DNA from: a phage
Sequence record: PZ379542.1
Reading direction: 5' to 3' (one strand)
Length of the DNA stretch: 47,750 nucleotides
The notes beneath the pieces are model-generated. The model worked only from the letters and a program-made list of their open reading frames with translations. It was not told the DNA's origin and ran no database searches. Below, in pieces: positions 43,559 through 47,750 of the stretch (within the stretch, counting starts at the first letter, position 1; each line of letters begins with the position of its first letter). A program made the translations under genes and the position numbers.

Positions 43559-46531
43559 ATGGCAACTAACGAAATTGCTGGTATCACGCTAGCCGTCGAC
43601 GTCGCTCAGGTCGATAAGGGTACACAATCATTACAGAAATTCAGGCAAGCAAACGAGCAAGCTGCAACAGGCATTAATAGCTTCGTCAACGCCGAACTTG
43701 TAGCCAAGACTCAAGCAAGGGACACCGCAAGGCAGCTTGAGGAGCAGCGCAAATCTTTCGCATCACTTCAACAAGTCATAGACCCAACTGCCGCTAAATT
43801 CCAGAAGCTTCAGAAAGCAGCAACTGAATTAGACAAGGCGTTTGAATCTGGAATAGTTCCTGATGATGAGTTCTTCCGGCTTGGCTCTGTTATTGAAACT
43901 CAAATAAATAAGCTAAACAGGTCTAAAGCAGCTCTTAGCGAGGAAGGGCGAGCTGCACTACAGGCATCAATAGATAAAGAAAAGGCAACAGCAGCCGCGC
44001 AAAAGTTCATTCAATCTCTTGAGAACGAGGCGAATGCAGCAAGCCTTACAAGGACTGAACTACTTCAACTTAAGGCTGCTCAACTCGGAGTTAGTGACCA
44101 AGCGGCACCGATTATCGACAGGATTGGCAAGGCCGCCGAGGCATCTGCTGTTCAGTTACAGAAGCAAAGCTCCGCTTTTGTTAAGTCAGGTTTAAGCGCC
44201 GGTCAGTACAAGCAAGCAATACGACAGCTACCAGCTCAGATTACAGATATCGGAACATCTCTTGCTGGCGGCATCCCAATCTGGCTCATTGCAATTCAGC
44301 AGGGTGGGCAGATTAAGGATAGCTTTGGTGGTATTGCTAACACCGCAAGGTTCGCACTGGCAGCCATTAACCCATTAACGGCAGTTGTTGGGACTTTGGG
44401 CTTGGCCCTCGGCGCTCTTGGTGTTGCTGCTTATCAGGCTGACAAGAACACTCGCGGACTAGCATCAACGATAACATTGGTTGGCAACTCAACTATCACG
44501 TCGACAGCGCAGATAAATCAGGTTGTTGATGGAATTGAGAGTTCAACACTAGCCACGCGCGGACTTATCCAGGAGATAGCTAACAGCCTGGTAGCAAACG
44601 GTAATCTGACTCTTACGCAGATAGATAAGATAACCAAGGCGACAGCACAATGGGCAACTGTAACATCAACAGACTCGAAAACTATTCTTGGATACTTTGA
44701 TCAGATTACAAAGGACCCAATTCAAGGTCTGATTGCACTCGATAAGCAGTTCAACTTCCTTCAGTCTGGGCAATTGAAATACATTGAGAATATCAGGAAG
44801 ACGGCTGGAGAAACAGAGGCTGTAACCGCAGCTACTGAGCTATTCGCTAACGTTATGGAAAACAGGCTAGCAGACGTAGCACTAAGCCTTAACCCTCTTG
44901 AGAGCGCATGGAATAGCTTCAGGAAGTTTGTAAGTGAGATTTGGGATGATATAAGCAAAAGGACGCTTGGGGCGCTTAACTTAATAACTGACGTTGTTGC
45001 TGGGACTATTGAGCAGATAAGGTCGTTAATAAACTCCGGCGATATCCTATTGGGCGAGTTTGCAATAGCAGCAACCAAGACACTTCAGTCAATACCTGGA
45101 CTTGGCGATTTAGGCAATGAAGCAATCGCTGAGCAGCAAAAGATTGTTGATGCAGCTAAGAAGCAAAATGAGGAGTTAGCAAAAAGCATAGCTGAGCGAG
45201 ATGCGAGAATCAGGAAGGGTGAGCTTGGTTATGTCGAGAACAACAATAACACCAACCTTAGCGGCAATAATGCATCAACCGATAAGGAGTTTGCAGCAAG
45301 GAAGAAGGCTCTTGCCGATGAGTATGATGCGATAAAGAAAGCAAGGAGTGAGAGGAAAAAGGCTGTAAAAGAAGAAAGGGATTTAACTTTATCTTATGAA
45401 TCTGGCGTTCTTGCACTTCAGGCTCAGTTAAAGGTCTTACAAGAGCACAGAACGATAAATGATGTAATAAGCAATGAAAGAAAGCAGTTATTCCAGGAAG
45501 AAGCGAAGTTTGCAATACTTGAACAAAGACAAGCGGATGGTACGCTTACAAAATCACAGGCTAAGCTACTTGCGCAGAAGAATATCATTCTTGAACAGGC
45601 TAAACAGAAGGCTGAACTTGGTGACCAGATTGTGCTTCAGGAGAGGTCAAACAAGTTACTTGATGACAACCTTAAGAAGACTGTGCAGATTACAAATGAA
45701 GCAAATAATTTTTCACTTGCTGCTAATTTATCTGACAGGGAGAAGCAAAGAGCAAAAGAGCTTCAGGCACTTCAATCCAATCAGGTAAACAAAGGTGGTT
45801 CTGTAGATGATACTGATTTTCAGGCATTACTAGAAGCCAGGCGTAATTTCTATGCTCAAGAGGATGCGCTACGTGAAAACTGGCTTGCTGGTGTGCAATC
45901 ATCCTTCGCTAATTGGGCAGAGAGCGCGACAGATGCATTCTCTATCGCTGGTGAATTGACCACTTCCGTCTTTACCGGAATTACCGAGCAGATCACCAGC
46001 CTTGTAACAACTGGCACGGCAGACTTCAGGAGTTTTACCGTTGAGATCCTGAAACAGATTGCCAGGATTGCGACTCAACTCTTAATTGTTAAGGCCATTG
46101 AGTCAAGTCTGAGTAGTTTTGGTGGTACTGGCGGCGCTATTGGTTCAATTGGTAGTGCGCTTGGTTTTGCTGGCGGAGGTTATACTGGTGATGGCGGGAA
46201 ATATCAACCTGCTGGGACTGTTCACCGTGGTGAGTTTGTATTCACAAAAGAGGCTACAAGCAGGATTGGTGTTAAGAATCTGTACAAGCTGATGCGCGGT
46301 TATGCAAATGGAGGTGCTGTTGGTGGGCCATCTGGTTATGCTAATGGTGGGGTTGTCGGCGGTACTAATGTCAGTGTTGGTGGTGTGACGGTTAACGTAA
46401 ACTCTGGAATCGGTGGCGGAAATGATGCTAAGGCGATAGAATCTGGAGTTAAGGTTATCGTGGCTGAGGAAATCAGCAAATCATTCCAACAGGGTGGCAG
46501 AGCGTATCAGTTCTTGCGCGGTTACAACTAA
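43559..46531 (+). CDS. tape measure protein
   Basis: 990 aa, Ala/Gln-rich coiled-coil, Gly-rich C-terminus; ATG 43559 with GGAGG RBS. Confidence 0.85.
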   Translation: MATNEIAGITLAVDVAQVDKGTQSLQKFRQANEQAATGINSFVNAELVAKTQARDTARQLEEQRKSFASLQQVIDPTAAKFQKLQKAATELDKAFESGIVPDDEFFRLGSVIETQINKLNRSKAALSEEGRAALQASIDKEKATAAAQKFIQSLENEANAASLTRTELLQLKAAQLGVSDQAAPIIDRIGKAAEASAVQLQKQSSAFVKSGLSAGQYKQAIRQLPAQITDIGTSLAGGIPIWLIAIQQGGQIKDSFGGIANTARFALAAINPLTAVVGTLGLALGALGVAAYQADKNTRGLASTITLVGNSTITSTAQINQVVDGIESSTLATRGLIQEIANSLVANGNLTLTQIDKITKATAQWATVTSTDSKTILGYFDQITKDPIQGLIALDKQFNFLQSGQLKYIENIRKTAGETEAVTAATELFANVMENRLADVALSLNPLESAWNSFRKFVSEIWDDISKRTLGALNLITDVVAGTIEQIRSLINSGDILLGEFAIAATKTLQSIPGLGDLGNEAIAEQQKIVDAAKKQNEELAKSIAERDARIRKGELGYVENNNNTNLSGNNASTDKEFAARKKALADEYDAIKKARSERKKAVKEERDLTLSYESGVLALQAQLKVLQEHRTINDVISNERKQLFQEEAKFAILEQRQADGTLTKSQAKLLAQKNIILEQAKQKAELGDQIVLQERSNKLLDDNLKKTVQITNEANNFSLAANLSDREKQRAKELQALQSNQVNKGGSVDDTDFQALLEARRNFYAQEDALRENWLAGVQSSFANWAESATDAFSIAGELTTSVFTGITEQITSLVTTGTADFRSFTVEILKQIARIATQLLIVKAIESSLSSFGGTGGAIGSIGSALGFAGGGYTGDGGKYQPAGTVHRGEFVFTKEATSRIGVKNLYKLMRGYANGGAVGGPSGYANGGVVGGTNVSVGGVTVNVNSGIGGGNDAKAIESGVKVIVAEEISKSFQQGGRAYQFLRGYN

Positions 46532-46562
46532 TTAATGGGGCTTCGGCCCCTAAGGATTTTAA

Positions 46563-46910
46563 ATGGCATTGCAAACTTTTAATTGGTGCTTGAACGTTCA
46601 GGCTGGATTATCATTCTCAAACCAGAATAACGTCAGAGTTGTATCATTTGGGAATGGATTCCAGCAGCGTGGAACTGGTGGGTACAGGACAAACAAAAGG
46701 ACTTACACGGTTAGCTACGTTGGTCGTGAGTGGGAGGCAGTAATGAACTTCTGCTTTGACCATATCGTAAAACCTTTCGCATGGACTACGCCGCAGGGTG
46801 AGCTAAAACTTTTTGTTATTCAGCAGGATAGCATTAGCGTCTCTCCGAGCACAAAAGAAGTTCAGACTGTTAGTATGCAATTTACTGAAGTTTTCACGTC
46901 AATGAGTTAA
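46563..46910 (+). CDS. minor tail protein M-like
   Basis: 115 aa after tape measure. Confidence 0.65.
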   Translation: MALQTFNWCLNVQAGLSFSNQNNVRVVSFGNGFQQRGTGGYRTNKRTYTVSYVGREWEAVMNFCFDHIVKPFAWTTPQGELKLFVIQQDSISVSPSTKEVQTVSMQFTEVFTSMS

Positions 46911-46914
46911 ACTA

Positions 46915-46937
46915 AGGCTCATGTGGGCCTTTTTTTA
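46915..46937 (+). terminator. weak terminator-like hairpin
   Basis: 4-bp stem aggc/gcct + T7. Confidence 0.4.
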
Positions 46938-46948
46938 TTGGAGAGAAT

Positions 46949-47704
46949 ATGGCAAGTGTAAAGTTTGAGAACCAGCTTCAATCACTTTTCCCTGGTGAGG
47001 TGGTTACGCTTATTGAGGTTGACGGCAGTAAGTTTGGCGCAAGGGTTTACAGGTTCCATGGTGAGAACATCTCATACACGCCTGAAGAAATCATGCAATC
47101 ACAATCCTCTGGCCAGCCACTGCCAGCCAAGACAATTACATTTCGTGGTGAAGAATATGGAGCAAGGCCATTCGGTATTAGCGGAATTAACCTAACTTCT
47201 GACGGCAAAGCAAACAAACTCACGCTAATTCTATCAAACGTTGACCAGGCTGTTTCAGCGCTAATCCGTCAGTATAATGGTATGGTTCAGGCTAAGGTGA
47301 CAATCTGGGTTACCATCAAGGATAATATCAATGAGGATGGCAGCATTGCAGATGGCGATTATCGTAAGATGGTTTACTTTATTGAGCGACCAAAGCAGGT
47401 TGACTACAAAACTGCTTCTTTTGAGCTATCTAGTCCAATTGACATGGATGGTATTTATATTCCTGCGAGGTTAGTCCAGTCAGTATGCCATTGGGCTTCT
47501 CGTGGCTGGTATCGTAGTGGTAACGGTTGTGATTATGCCGGGAATCGATACTTTGATAAAGACAATAATCCGGTTGATGACCCTGGCCTGGATTTCTGCG
47601 CCGGAACTGTTGATGCATGTAAGTTAAGGTTTGGTGAAAACAACCAGCTATCATTTGGAGGTTGTGCCTCCGCTAGCTTGCAAGCCAAGAATAACCAGAA
47701 CTAA
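46949..47704 (+). CDS. minor tail protein L-like
   Basis: Cys cluster CHWASRGW...C...C...C near C-terminus as in lambda L. Confidence 0.75.
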   Translation: MASVKFENQLQSLFPGEVVTLIEVDGSKFGARVYRFHGENISYTPEEIMQSQSSGQPLPAKTITFRGEEYGARPFGISGINLTSDGKANKLTLILSNVDQAVSALIRQYNGMVQAKVTIWVTIKDNINEDGSIADGDYRKMVYFIERPKQVDYKTASFELSSPIDMDGIYIPARLVQSVCHWASRGWYRSGNGCDYAGNRYFDKDNNPVDDPGLDFCAGTVDACKLRFGENNQLSFGGCASASLQAKNNQN

Positions 47705-47714
47705 GGAGTCTAAA

Positions 47715-47750
47715 ATGCTTACACCAAAAGTTAAACTAGAAATCATGCGC
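47715..47750 (+). CDS. 5' end of tail assembly protein K gene (continues at window position 1)
   Basis: AAGGAG RBS, ATG 47715 MLTPKVKLEIMR; frame continues without stop into position 1. Confidence 0.8.
   Translation, partial: MLTPKVKLEIMR

Noticed and set aside
1-47750. Lysogeny module (integrase, repressor, attP)
   Set aside because: No tyrosine/serine recombinase motifs or CI-like repressor found on either strand; gene content fits a virulent T1-like phage. The absence is based on manual inspection only.

Overview
The window reads as a complete, circularly closed ~47.7 kb genome of a virulent T1-like siphovirus (inference from gene content; no database search was possible). The lambda-type tail gene K starts at 47715 and continues at position 1. 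Modules: tail tip K-I-J (1-4748); a leftward lipoprotein + putative receptor-binding gene pair and a C5-methyltransferase-like gene (4779-6741); a recombination module of PD-(D/E)xK exonuclease, ERF and SSB (7283-9648); a beta-helix tailspike (9679-12207, minus); a replication module of primase, HTH regulator, an intein-interrupted SF2 helicase and VRR-NUC (12295-17421); nucleotide-metabolism genes (18621-20861); lysis cassette of holin, SAR-endolysin and u-spanin (21222-22305); a leftward early operon (22317-25834); a rightward early operon of small genes with an HNH endonuclease and a tRNA-Arg(CCU) (26507-31260); and the packaging/head/tail module (31385-47704) with two more HNH endonucleases. 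No integrase or repressor module was seen. The most notable features are: (1) a helicase broken at its DECH motif by an intein whose LAGLIDADG endonuclease lies in a different reading frame with its own RBS and ATG, consistent with a split intein plus free-standing homing endonuclease, or alternatively with two compensating frameshifts; (2) about 18 copies of a conserved promoter cassette, a TAGCA-N5-TGCTA palindrome about 22 bp upstream of an extended -10; and (3) two homologous divergent regulatory regions with AT-rich tracts, one flanked by TTGCAAT iterons.
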